A stretch of 64,000 nt of DNA from IMG/VR virus record IMGVR_UViG_3300036785_000488, positions 21,072 to 85,071 of that record; one strand, written 5' to 3'. This DNA is from a virus. The number at the start of each line of letters is the position of its first letter. Position 1 is the first letter of the stretch. Shown in pieces: positions 45,339-54,629 of this stretch. Under the pieces are notes generated by a model. The model was not told the DNA's origin and did not search any database. It worked only from the letters and a program-made list of their open reading frames with translations. The position numbers and the translations under genes were made by a program.

Positions 45339-45946
45339 ATGCTGGCCGAGGGAGAGAGGAAGTTGGTCGGGTCCTGACTGGCGGTGAGCATGCCCCAGCC
45401 CTCGTGCGCCAGGGTGAGGTTCTCGATGAAGACGGCATTACCTCCAGCCTCCAGGTCAGCGAAGGAGTAGCCCATCGGCCAGGCGTTGTAGAGGAGGAAC
45501 CGCACCTTGATGGGGGGCGGATTGTCCACCCCGGCTGCCCACCCCGTCGTGGTGATCGGGTGAGCCATCACATCGATGGTCACTCCGACCCGGAAGTTCG
45601 TGGAGGGAGTCCCGAACCCCCTCCCGACATTGACGGCGAAGATCTGGCTCAGCCAGTTGTAGACCTCGTTGGTTCCGACGTTGGTACCCGAGGCTCCCGG
45701 CGTCATGACCGGCGCCGCCATCATCCCTCTGGTGAGCGTGATGGGACCGAACTCGGACTGACCGGGCATCTTGCGCGTGGTTGTGTTGTTCCCACCCTCG
45801 CGGTATGGGATGACCTCGTTGTTGACGGCCAGGCCAGACATCGCCATGAAGCCCATGCGGGCCAGCGTGGGGATGTTCGGGTGGTTGATGTTGACGTTGA
45901 AGCGGAAGTTCCTCAGGGGGTCTGAGTTCAGTGGTCGACTGGTCAT
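45335..45946 (-). CDS. tail tube protein (T4 gp19-like)
   Basis: DPLRNFRF.V, GF..MSGL....EVI.YREGG.N....KMPG.....ITL.RG, NAWP......L.AG. Confidence 0.92.
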   Translation of the reverse strand: MTSRPLNSDPLRNFRFNVNINHPNIPTLARMGFMAMSGLAVNNEVIPYREGGNNTTTRKMPGQSEFGPITLTRGMMAAPVMTPGASGTNVGTNEVYNWLSQIFAVNVGRGFGTPSTNFRVGVTIDVMAHPITTTGWAAGVDNPPPIKVRFLLYNAWPMGYSFADLEAGGNAVFIENLTLAHEGWGMLTASQDPTNFLSPSASI

Positions 45947-45954
45947 GTGTACTC

Positions 45955-47571
45955 CTATCCGGTAGTGACCGACACGCTCTGCCCACCGGCCCACTGACCG
46001 ATGCTGATGACGACGAACTCGGCGGGGTACTGAAGGGCCACACCGACCTCGACGTTGACGATGCCCTGCTGGATGGTCATCGGCTGGTTGTTGCTGGCAT
46101 CACAGGTGACGTAGAAAGCGTCTGCAGCATTCTGACCACGTAGCCCGCCGCTCTGCCAGAACGACGTCAAGAACTGATTGAGCACCGAAGTGATCTGGTT
46201 CCACAGCACCCAATCGTTCGGCTCAAACACGGCGAACCGGGAGAGCGACACCAGTTCTGTTCTGAGGTAGATGATGGTGCGCTCGACTGAGACGTAGCGC
46301 GTGACGAGATAGGGCGACAGTGTGCGTGCCCCCCAGACCACAATCCCCGAACCGGGGACAGAAATGAGGCAGTTCACATTCCCCTGGGTCAGGATGCCCT
46401 GGTCGCTGTTGGTGAGTGTGAACTCCAGTCCCGTGACACCCTGAAGAGATGCGCCCAACCCGGCTGGGGCCTTGGCGACACCTCTCGCCAGATCGGTAGC
46501 GATGTACTGACCGACCACGAACCCACCCGGCGGAATAGTCCGAGTACGACCTGGAACCGGCGAATAAGGGTCGGAGATTTGAGTCTGCGGGTAGTACACC
46601 GCGGCCTGAGCTGTAGCTCCCAGACCCTGAACAGAGGGCAGGATACTGCTACCAGGATTCTGTGATGGAGGAGCTACTCCCGGAGGGCAGTCAACCACGA
46701 TGAAGATGTCACCGCGATTCGTCGCGTAGGTGATGACCATGCCGAACGTGGTGGCATCGCTGGCACTGATGCCGGGGAGGTTGAGCACGAACGGCTGATC
46801 CGGGAACTGATCAAGGCGATTCACCGCATTCTGGATGTCGGTGAACGTGAGCGCACTGCCATCCGATCCAGGCGGGACGTTCAACTGCTGACTCGCTGTC
46901 GTTGCAGCCGGGTTGTTGTGGGGAGCTGGAGTCGGTGTGCCGTGGGTCTTGGCGAGGTCCACGACATTGATGAAGTTCGACCCGCTAAACGAACTGTTGA
47001 TGACATCGACGGCGTAGTTGTTCACCCCGGCGTTGGTCGAGCCAGGGACCATCGATACGTCCTGCCAACGCTCCACCGTGTTGACCGCTGCGTTGCCCAG
47101 GTACTTGACCACCAAGGTGAAGGTCAGCGGCGTCATGTCAGGCGAATTAGGGGGCGGCAGGACCGTACCGGGCAAGATGTCGATCCAGATGTTGTTACCC
47201 CACTGCCCTGGGTTGTCTGCCTGCACCTGGAGTGAGGACTGAGGTGTCGTAGTGCTCTGGTCCTGGAAGGTGAACGCCGAGATCGTCGGACCCGATGTGT
47301 CCATCCGGTAGGCCCGGATGATGAGAGCGTTCGTACCACCTGCGGAGAAGTAGGAGAAGACCGCCAGATGAAGCGCACTGGGCGGGTAGGCCGTCTCAAA
47401 GCCACCGTAGGAGTAGGTGAAGTCCTTCCACGAGGAGACGACAGTGGGCACAAGCGGACCCCTGGGGCAGGCCCCGACGAAGCACGCTGAGGCAGCCCCC
47501 GGCGAAGAACCGGCATAGGCGGGGAACGACGAGAGGTCGACGTAGACGCCGGGACGGGTGAGAGTTGCCAT
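45955..47571 (-). CDS. contractile tail sheath protein
   Basis: RPGVYV, GPLVP, AAVYYP, PPGG.V.G....D..RGV.KAPAG, WGARTL, FAVFEPN, VGVA...PAEFV. Confidence 0.95.
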   Translation of the reverse strand: MATLTRPGVYVDLSSFPAYAGSSPGAASACFVGACPRGPLVPTVVSSWKDFTYSYGGFETAYPPSALHLAVFSYFSAGGTNALIIRAYRMDTSGPTISAFTFQDQSTTTPQSSLQVQADNPGQWGNNIWIDILPGTVLPPPNSPDMTPLTFTLVVKYLGNAAVNTVERWQDVSMVPGSTNAGVNNYAVDVINSSFSGSNFINVVDLAKTHGTPTPAPHNNPAATTASQQLNVPPGSDGSALTFTDIQNAVNRLDQFPDQPFVLNLPGISASDATTFGMVITYATNRGDIFIVVDCPPGVAPPSQNPGSSILPSVQGLGATAQAAVYYPQTQISDPYSPVPGRTRTIPPGGFVVGQYIATDLARGVAKAPAGLGASLQGVTGLEFTLTNSDQGILTQGNVNCLISVPGSGIVVWGARTLSPYLVTRYVSVERTIIYLRTELVSLSRFAVFEPNDWVLWNQITSVLNQFLTSFWQSGGLRGQNAADAFYVTCDASNNQPMTIQQGIVNVEVGVALQYPAEFVVISIGQWAGGQSVSVTTG

Positions 47572-48293
47572 TACTCCTCCTGTGAGCGGTATTGGCCGGT
47601 GGAAATGAGTGACTGATCGGCGGTGCGGGAAATGAGGTCAGGACCGATCACCGTCTTTTCACTGGTGGTGTCGATGACGGTGAGGAGCACGTTACGAACG
47701 CGGGTGTTGGCGACAGCAATGATGTCCTCGACCTCGGTCGGAATGCGGACCCGGTAGATCTGGCGGAAGAGCCGCTTGTCGGCTTCCATCCCGTTGGCTC
47801 TGGTGGTGCCGAGCATGTCGACGCGTCGCACGGTGCCGCCAGGACAAGTCATCTGAGCGAAGCGAGGATGCAGACGGCTCTGCAGCAGGGCGGCGCTCAT
47901 CTGGGAAATGTGCTGGTTGATCCGTGCGCTGGCCGTGATGGTGTAGTCGAAATCCATCGGAATGGGGTAGTTGATCGAGGGAGGGACCTCTGTGGTCCAA
48001 GGGATGTTCTGGAGGTAGCGGTACCCGACCTGGACCCAGCCCCGGTGCTCACGCTCGTGGGCTATCCGCTCCCCGGTGAAGTTGATCGTGATGTTCGGGT
48101 AGGTAATCCGGCGCTCCTCCCGCTCCGGATTGTGGAACCACACCGGTACGGGCCGGGGAGCTTCATCGGTGGCGTTCAGGTCTCTCACGGTGATGCCGGT
48201 GAGAAGGTTCTTCAGACCCATGTCCTCCTCGGTGTACTGGCCGAGGAAGGGATCGTTCGGAGCCTGGTCGTTGATCGGGTTGACGAGAGTCAC
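47571..48293 (-). CDS. tail terminator / sheath stabiliser-like protein
   Basis: Position before sheath; VPVWF..PE.E....TYP.ITI, P.PMDFDY.I. Confidence 0.65.
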   Translation of the reverse strand: MTLVNPINDQAPNDPFLGQYTEEDMGLKNLLTGITVRDLNATDEAPRPVPVWFHNPEREERRITYPNITINFTGERIAHEREHRGWVQVGYRYLQNIPWTTEVPPSINYPIPMDFDYTITASARINQHISQMSAALLQSRLHPRFAQMTCPGGTVRRVDMLGTTRANGMEADKRLFRQIYRVRIPTEVEDIIAVANTRVRNVLLTVIDTTSEKTVIGPDLISRTADQSLISTGQYRSQEE

Positions 48294-48730
48294 CTGAACA
48301 CCGCTTCCGCCAGTGCGTCACGGAACTTGGCGACGGTGTCGCCCGACTGACGAGTCAGGTCCATTGCCGCCTGGGTGACGGGATAGATCTGCTCCATCTC
48401 CTGGGCGCGGCCGTGCAGCTCGTGCGACTCGGGGAGACCCACATGCATGTTGCGGGGGAAGGCTCGACGCCCAACGACAGCCGCAGCCGCCCGCCGGTAC
48501 CACGCCGCCGGGGACTCGTAGACCTGGAGGGCATCGGCAACGTCGTGGTACTGCGACAGCGACGACTCGCCCTTGATGGTTTGCTGCATCGAACCCTTGA
48601 GGTGTTCGCCTGCCTTCGTCGCCGCGTCTGTGATCACCCGAGCACTGGACATTTTCTTGTAGCCCTGGGCGACTTTGGCGAGCTTGTCCAGGTCTGACGT
48701 CTTCACGCAGGTGAACGAAGAGGAAGGCAT
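48290..48730 (-). CDS. hypothetical neck-region protein
   Basis: Coupled to the terminator-like gene. Confidence 0.55.
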   Translation of the reverse strand: MPSSSFTCVKTSDLDKLAKVAQGYKKMSSARVITDAATKAGEHLKGSMQQTIKGESSLSQYHDVADALQVYESPAAWYRRAAAAVVGRRAFPRNMHVGLPESHELHGRAQEMEQIYPVTQAAMDLTRQSGDTVAKFRDALAEAVFR

Positions 48731-48854
48731 TTTCCTCAGATCTATGGGCGATTTTTCAAGCGTGTTACAACTCATCCGGCGTTAGCGGGCCGAACGAGTC
48801 AAGCGTACGCCGGGTGGCTCCGGAACCCTGACCACCCGTCGTAGCCTGGTCGCT

Positions 48855-50015
48855 GTGTCGATGACCGGGTCCGGGAAAACAGGGCTGACCGTCACTCCAA
48901 CTGTCATCCCTCCACAGGTCTCGGGGCTGCCCAATCCGTACGACATCACTGCTGGACAATCTGGGCAATACCCCGACACAGACCAGGCGCTGTCGTATCC
49001 GCCGGTTGACCCCTCGTCCACCCAGCGCATCGCTCAGATGACCCGGCTGCGTCTGCGCGACCTACCGCGCCCATTCCTGGCGCGGCAGACGTGCTCCGGA
49101 GTGGCCTGGCGGTTTGAGCTACCGGTGGAGAACATCCTGCGCGACACCCTCCAGGTCGTCCTCACGGACACCACGGCGGGGGGCACCACGGGCCTGGTCA
49201 TCGACCGAGATTTCATCTGCGACGACCACGGAGGCGTCCTCACGTTCTTCCAGGCCCCGCCCCAGGGGATCCTGATGGTCTGCCAGGGGACCTTCTACCG
49301 GGACTTCCTCCCCGCCGAGCTTGACCTCTATATCCGCACGGCGTACATCCAGCACACCTACGGGATGGAACCGGCGGGCACCGTCGACATGGGCTACCCG
49401 CCCCCGGAGGGGCCTCCTCCCCTGGGGACCACCGGCCAGCCCATCGAGTACGGCACCCCGATGCCCATGCAGATCTCCGAGGTCGAGGAGTACCCGATCT
49501 CGATCCTGGTGACGATCATGGCCCTGTGGGACATGGCCGTGGGGGCGGCACAGCAGCACGACGTACATACGCCCGACGGGGTGACCATCCCCATCGGTCA
49601 GACCTTCCAACAGATCACCGCCATGATCGGTCAGCTCCAGCAGCAGTACCTCATGCTGTCCTCAGCTCTAGGCGTGGGTCTGTACCGCATCACCATGAGC
49701 AAGCTCCGGCGCACGTCCCGCACGACGAAGAGGTTGGTGCCCGTGTTCAGGTCCAAGGAGTACGACGACATCACCTGGCCGCAACGAGAGATGCCACCCA
49801 TCGACGTCACCCAGCAGATGTACACGTACCAAGGCACCTGGACACCGGATCGTCCTTTCGCCAAGAACGACCTCATCGACTACGAGAGCCACCGTTACGT
49901 CTGCCTGCAGCCGAACACCAACATCGACCCGACGAGGGACGTGGATCCGAAGACAGGGCAGGGGTACTACTGGCAGTACACGACCATCAACACAGGTTGG
50001 GTGGGCTGGTGGTGA
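48855..50015 (+). CDS. putative head-tail adaptor with C-terminal carbohydrate-binding-like module
   Basis: R.RLRD near the N-terminus; TPDGVTIP..Q; GTW......KNDLIDY....YVC...N....P......YW; start uncertain. Confidence 0.6.
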   Translation: MSMTGSGKTGLTVTPTVIPPQVSGLPNPYDITAGQSGQYPDTDQALSYPPVDPSSTQRIAQMTRLRLRDLPRPFLARQTCSGVAWRFELPVENILRDTLQVVLTDTTAGGTTGLVIDRDFICDDHGGVLTFFQAPPQGILMVCQGTFYRDFLPAELDLYIRTAYIQHTYGMEPAGTVDMGYPPPEGPPPLGTTGQPIEYGTPMPMQISEVEEYPISILVTIMALWDMAVGAAQQHDVHTPDGVTIPIGQTFQQITAMIGQLQQQYLMLSSALGVGLYRITMSKLRRTSRTTKRLVPVFRSKEYDDITWPQREMPPIDVTQQMYTYQGTWTPDRPFAKNDLIDYESHRYVCLQPNTNIDPTRDVDPKTGQGYYWQYTTINTGWVGWW

Positions 50016-50018
50016 CCG

Positions 50019-50225
50019 ATGAGAAACATCGACTGGCGCTCCATCGCCGCACTGATCCTCGCCATCGGGGCGGCATTCGCCATTGTCATCCTGGCGTGGT
50101 CCGAAGCCGACCATCAGGTTGCCGGTCACATCTCCGAGGCCGAGTCCACATTGCTCGCCACTGTTCTCGGGGCGATGGTCGGCGCTGTCGCCACCTACCT
50201 CGGCATGCGTGAGAAGAACGATTAG
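50019..50225 (+). CDS. small membrane protein, 2 TM
   Basis: Two hydrophobic helices. Confidence 0.65.
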   Translation: MRNIDWRSIAALILAIGAAFAIVILAWSEADHQVAGHISEAESTLLATVLGAMVGAVATYLGMREKND

Positions 50226-50732
50226 ATGCCGCTCTATACCCCCGCCTGGTACCCCAAGGACCGCTTGCTTCGCATGAACGAGGTCATGCGGAACTACCAA
50301 CGCGTCTGGGGCGAGAACGTGTTGTGGTTTGAATTCGACCAGATGGCGACGACCAAGCACGAGGTCTATGACGAGGGTCCGAGCCGCGCCTGGTACCCGC
50401 CCGTGGTACTGCCGGTCATGTTCATCGATTTTCGCCAGGACGATCCCATCGACAGCGAGCAAGGTTTTTACGTTCTGTCGACCGCCAGCGTCTGCTTCCA
50501 GGTGACCGAGGCCACCGACCGGTTCCGCTTCACTCCACTCGCCACAGCCAACCACTTCCGGGATCGCTTCCAATATGGAGACATCGTTTTTCGCGTGACC
50601 AAATACGAGAAGCAGGGCTTCGTCAACGGCACCTACCTGACAGTCTCGGCCTTGGGCGAACAGGTCAAGGGCGAGGAGGTCGTCAATGACGCCCAGCAGG
50701 CCGATTTTTTCTCGCAGACCCTGGTTTGGTGA
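50226..50732 (+). CDS. putative head-closure (neck) protein
   Basis: GENVLWF.F......VYDEG, DRF.Y....FRV; follows the adaptor-like gene. Confidence 0.55.
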   Translation: MPLYTPAWYPKDRLLRMNEVMRNYQRVWGENVLWFEFDQMATTKHEVYDEGPSRAWYPPVVLPVMFIDFRQDDPIDSEQGFYVLSTASVCFQVTEATDRFRFTPLATANHFRDRFQYGDIVFRVTKYEKQGFVNGTYLTVSALGEQVKGEEVVNDAQQADFFSQTLVW

Positions 50733-51172
50733 TGATCAAGTACAACTTCCAACTCAGCGCCGGGGCCGATTGGCAGTTCGTCGTCCGATTACGTGATCCG
50801 AACACGGGCAACCTCGTCCCCCTGACATCAGCGGTGATGGACATCCGCAACTCCAACGGGGTCCTCGCTCTGCACATGGACGGCCCCTCCAGCCGCTGCG
50901 TGATCTTGCCCGATGATTGCTCGATCCAACTCCACATCACCCCCGAGGACAGCCTGACCTACTTCCAGTGGGGGAACTACCCAGGGTCGGTGCAAGCGGT
51001 CGGGTACTGGGGCATCGGACGGTCGTACAACTACGACCTCTTCGCCCTCTACGAGACCGGAGTGCAAGACCGCATCATGCGCGGCTTCTTCCACGTCGAT
51101 CCGAACATCACCCGGTTCGATGGCATGGTCAATCCAGAACTCACCGTCGCCACCAGAGGTTCATATGACTGA
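50732..51172 (+). CDS. fibre-associated (BppU/LtfC-like) protein
   Basis: GADW.F......G..V.LT.A.MDIR, YDL......DRIMRG.F.V...IT. Confidence 0.55.
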   Translation: MIKYNFQLSAGADWQFVVRLRDPNTGNLVPLTSAVMDIRNSNGVLALHMDGPSSRCVILPDDCSIQLHITPEDSLTYFQWGNYPGSVQAVGYWGIGRSYNYDLFALYETGVQDRIMRGFFHVDPNITRFDGMVNPELTVATRGSYD

Positions 51173-52445
51173 CACCTCCCTTGTCTTTTCCGAAACCGAG
51201 AACCTGGTCGAGATCTTGGTGCCCGGTTTGCCGGGACCCCCTGGGCCTCCGGGACCAACTGGGCCTGGTGGAGTCCAGGGCATCCGCGGTCAACAGGGTC
51301 CTGTCGGACCCGCAGGACTCCAGGGTCCTCCGGGCGGCTTCGTCGTCGCTGGCATAGTGCCTGACCCAAGCCATCTCCCCGCCCTTCCCGCAGATGCTCA
51401 GTTCGGCATGGTGTGGTTGGTCGGCACGACGAGCTACACCGTGTACTACTACCTCGTAGGACACGGGTGGCAGACCCTCGCCATCGCTGCGGGACCGCAG
51501 GGACCACCAGGTGCTTCTGGACAACCGGGCGCTCCAGGAATTCAGGGCGTCGTGGGACCGACCGGTCCAGCAGGAGCCGTTGGGCCTGCTGGCGCACCCG
51601 GCGGGATGCAGGATCTCGTCCCACCAACCTGGAACGACCTGACGCCTTACATCGCAGGGGCATGGAGTCCGGTACCGGGTTCAAACGTGCAGTACTTGAT
51701 CGACGCCTGGGGCCGAGTGCAACTCGCTGGCGAGATTTTCTATCCGGGTGCAAACCCGATGGATGGCTCTGTCATACTCCAGTGCCCACCGCTGACATAC
51801 CCGGCTAACCCGGTAACAGTGTTGGCGGTGGAGGACGTGATCCCGGCCCGCTTCTATCGGATCGACATCCTCCCCAACGGATCCATCGAGCTGAGATTCC
51901 CTGCAACCAACACGACCGGACAAGTCTTCTTGGACAGCATTTCTTGGATGACCGCAGCAGTCCAGCCCCAAGGCAGCACGGGCAGCACTCCTCCTCCTGC
52001 GGTTCCTCAGACCGCTTCATACCTCTGGCTAACTGGTCCACCAGCAGACCTGGCGGTGCCGGTTGGCACGAATGTGTCCCTTCCTTGGACTGTCTTTGGG
52101 TCCACTGGGAATGACATCGCCGTAAAGGCTGACACCCAGACGATCATCTTCAATACAACGGGCGTCTACGGGATCAACTGGGACATCCGTATGACCAGTA
52201 CAGGCGGCTCAGTCCTGCCGTCATTCTCCACGAACGCCACGGGGTTCAACGCAGGCATCACCGACATAGGCAGCACACCCTCAGTGAACGTGGGTGGAAC
52301 AGTCTGGAGAAGTAAGGGATCGGCGGTCGTAGAAGCGACAGCCGGTGCCCAGATGAAGTGGCAGGCGTTCTTCGGTTCACCCGCTGGCGCTAGTGAAACG
52401 ATGAAGTCGAAGCAGTCCAGTCTGACCGTCGTGAAGACCCAATAA
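51165..52445 (+). CDS. collagen-containing tail fibre protein
   Basis: Two G-X-Y stretches; DAWGRVQL.G...LDSISW module; C-terminal beta domain. Confidence 0.7.
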   Translation: MTDTSLVFSETENLVEILVPGLPGPPGPPGPTGPGGVQGIRGQQGPVGPAGLQGPPGGFVVAGIVPDPSHLPALPADAQFGMVWLVGTTSYTVYYYLVGHGWQTLAIAAGPQGPPGASGQPGAPGIQGVVGPTGPAGAVGPAGAPGGMQDLVPPTWNDLTPYIAGAWSPVPGSNVQYLIDAWGRVQLAGEIFYPGANPMDGSVILQCPPLTYPANPVTVLAVEDVIPARFYRIDILPNGSIELRFPATNTTGQVFLDSISWMTAAVQPQGSTGSTPPPAVPQTASYLWLTGPPADLAVPVGTNVSLPWTVFGSTGNDIAVKADTQTIIFNTTGVYGINWDIRMTSTGGSVLPSFSTNATGFNAGITDIGSTPSVNVGGTVWRSKGSAVVEATAGAQMKWQAFFGSPAGASETMKSKQSSLTVVKTQ

Positions 52446-52455
52446 GGAGAAGCAA

Positions 52456-52638
52456 ATGACACCAGAGGAAAAGGGCATCATCGACCCAGTGACCGGACGG
52501 ACGCTCAGCGACCTGGAGCGGGCACCTAACGAAGATGAGGTTGGCACCGAGGCCGATCAGTACGGCTCAGCCGAGGGCCTGGGAGACGAGGATGCCGGTC
52601 CCGATGACGAAGACGAGCACGAACGAGGTCGGGAGTAG
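52456..52638 (+). CDS. small acidic protein
   Basis: AAGGAG RBS. Confidence 0.55.
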   Translation: MTPEEKGIIDPVTGRTLSDLERAPNEDEVGTEADQYGSAEGLGDEDAGPDDEDEHERGRE

Positions 52639-53535
52639 GTGGCCTGGTTCGCCTGTGCCAACCATCGCCCGATAGGAGCGAACACGGGAGGCACACTGGG
52701 ACCGAATCTCGGCCTGGTGCTGCACCATGCGGTGATGAACGGGAGTCTGTTCAACTTCTTCAACTCGCCCAGTGCTGAAGTCTCGGCGCACTTCTGGGTC
52801 TCCCAGGACGGCAGGATCGAGCAATACGCTTCAACAGACACGGTCACGTGGCATGGCAAGTCACTGAATAGTCGGTACGTGGGCGTCGAGACCGAGGGCT
52901 GTACATCGCCAGCCAACGGCTACGCCGACCCGATGTCTGAGGCCATGACAGCCGCACTGGCACGCATCTACCAAGAGGGCGCTCGCGTCCATGGTTGGAA
53001 GAACGCCAAAGCCAACGCTGACGGCCAAGCTGGCTTTGGCTACCACCGCATGGCGGTGCAGACCGCATGCCCATGCGATGTACGACTCAACAAGCGCGAC
53101 GAAATCCTGAGCCGTGCCTTCGGATCAGCACCCATCTCACCACCACCTCAGACAAGGAAGGGAGCCGTGGCTATCGTCTCTAAGAAAAATGCAACCGGCT
53201 ACTGGATCTTCGGCAGCGACGGAGGAGTGTTCAGCTTCGGTGACGCCCAGTTCTACGGCTCGCTGCCTGGCCTCAACGTCAAGCCGAACGCACCGGTCGT
53301 AGGTGGTGCTGTCACTGACAGTGGCCGCGGGTACTGGATGTGCTCCTCCGATGGCGGGATCTTCTGCTTCGGGGATGCACAGTTCCACGGCTCGATGGGC
53401 GGTAAGCCGATGAACGGCGAATGCACCGGTATGGACGCCGCTGGCGGCGGCTACTGGCTGTTGGGTCGTGACGGGGGGGTGTTCGCCTTCGGCGTACCGT
53501 TCTACGGCTCAGCCGCCGGGATGGTCGCCACCTGA
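52639..53535 (+). CDS. endolysin, N-acetylmuramoyl-L-alanine amidase (Amidase_2) with C-terminal GYW..SDGGVF.FGDA repeats
   Basis: LVLHH, SAHFWV..DG.IEQY, WH, GVETEG, YH....TACP; three GYWxxxxDGG[VI]FxFG repeats. Confidence 0.9.
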   Translation: MAWFACANHRPIGANTGGTLGPNLGLVLHHAVMNGSLFNFFNSPSAEVSAHFWVSQDGRIEQYASTDTVTWHGKSLNSRYVGVETEGCTSPANGYADPMSEAMTAALARIYQEGARVHGWKNAKANADGQAGFGYHRMAVQTACPCDVRLNKRDEILSRAFGSAPISPPPQTRKGAVAIVSKKNATGYWIFGSDGGVFSFGDAQFYGSLPGLNVKPNAPVVGGAVTDSGRGYWMCSSDGGIFCFGDAQFHGSMGGKPMNGECTGMDAAGGGYWLLGRDGGVFAFGVPFYGSAAGMVAT

Positions 53536-53541
53536 GATGGA

Positions 53542-53745
53542 GTGGAGCTTTCGATCATCGCTCTGGTGTCCGGAGTAGCGGGCATCATCACTGCCTGGGC
53601 GGCGGTAATCAGGGCGAAGGGAGAAGGCAGCAAGCAGTGCGAGGAAAAGTTGGCAGCAGCACGTAAGGAGGCCGAGGAGGCCACCGCCGAACTGCACCGA
53701 ATACGAATGCAGCACGGGCTTATCATCCCTGAACATGGCGACTGA
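53542..53745 (+). CDS. holin-like small membrane protein with coiled coil
   Basis: Single TM then coiled coil, directly after the endolysin. Confidence 0.55.
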   Translation: MELSIIALVSGVAGIITAWAAVIRAKGEGSKQCEEKLAAARKEAEEATAELHRIRMQHGLIIPEHGD

Positions 53746-54385
53746 GAAGAAACCCTTCTTCAGCTTCACACGGCTGGCAATAATTTCGACAGCGTTCCTC
53801 ATCCTGGCCTTGATCCTCGGCAGCCTTTCCATCAGCAACGCTGCGAACAAACCTGGACCACCAGGCCCACCTGGGAAGGAGGGACCGGCTGGCCCCGCAG
53901 GCCCTCAGGGACCAACGAGTGGTACAACTACGACCGGCACAACGGCGGCAGGCGGCACGACCACAACAGGCCCGGTCACTGGGCAGGCGGGTCCCGAAGG
54001 CGAGAGGGGTGTGGTGGGTGCCACAGGGGCGACCGGTGCAACCAGCACCGGGGGCGTGGGAGCGACTGGTGCCGTGGGTGCTCCTGGCGCTACAGGCGCA
54101 AATGGAGTCGGCACGGCGGGAGCGACAGGAGCCACGGGCGCTGTGGGTTCGGCGGGCGCAACAGGATCGACGGGGAAAACGGGCGCGACCGGAGCCACAG
54201 GCGCGACCGGCGGCGTCGGTGCAACAGGAGCACAAGGCCCGCCAGGAGCACGGGGCGCAACAGGACTAACCGGTCCCCCCGGTCCATCTGGCACGTTCTC
54301 CTGTCCAGCGGGGTCGAGCATGCAGGAAGTCACCCTCAATGGCAAAGGCGGGCAGACCAACGTGTTCGCCTGCGTGATCGGTTAG
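53735..54385 (+). CDS. membrane-anchored collagen-like protein in the lysis cassette
   Basis: N-terminal TM, GAT/GPP triplets, C-terminal Cys pair. Confidence 0.7.
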   Translation: MATEKKPFFSFTRLAIISTAFLILALILGSLSISNAANKPGPPGPPGKEGPAGPAGPQGPTSGTTTTGTTAAGGTTTTGPVTGQAGPEGERGVVGATGATGATSTGGVGATGAVGAPGATGANGVGTAGATGATGAVGSAGATGSTGKTGATGATGATGGVGATGAQGPPGARGATGLTGPPGPSGTFSCPAGSSMQEVTLNGKGGQTNVFACVIG

Positions 54386-54618
54386 GCATCCTCCACCCTG
54401 GGGGGCCGGTCCCAGTCGTAATGACCATGGGGGCGATTCTGCTCTGTGACGTGTTTTACCGTCTTGCGGGCCAGTGAAGTCGCCGCCGTGCGGTAGCTCT
54501 TCGACGGTGAGGACTCGGTGAAGACCTGACCACACGAACACACAGCGGTCAGCCAATGGACGGTGGCACTCTCAGTGAAGGCGCAGTGCGTCGAGATCCC
54601 CGTGATCCAGTGCTCCAT
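54382..54618 (-). CDS. small Cys/His protein
   Basis: AVCSCG...KHV. Confidence 0.5.
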   Translation of the reverse strand: MEHWITGISTHCAFTESATVHWLTAVCSCGQVFTESSPSKSYRTAATSLARKTVKHVTEQNRPHGHYDWDRPPRVEDA

Positions 54619-54629
54619 GTCGCAGGAGA

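Noticed and set aside
52456-52641. Read-through or stop recoding at in-frame TAG-GTG (also 50225/50226 and 19275/19276)
   Set aside because: Each downstream gene has its own start, and all three stop codons terminate recognisable genes elsewhere, so there is no sign of an alternative code.
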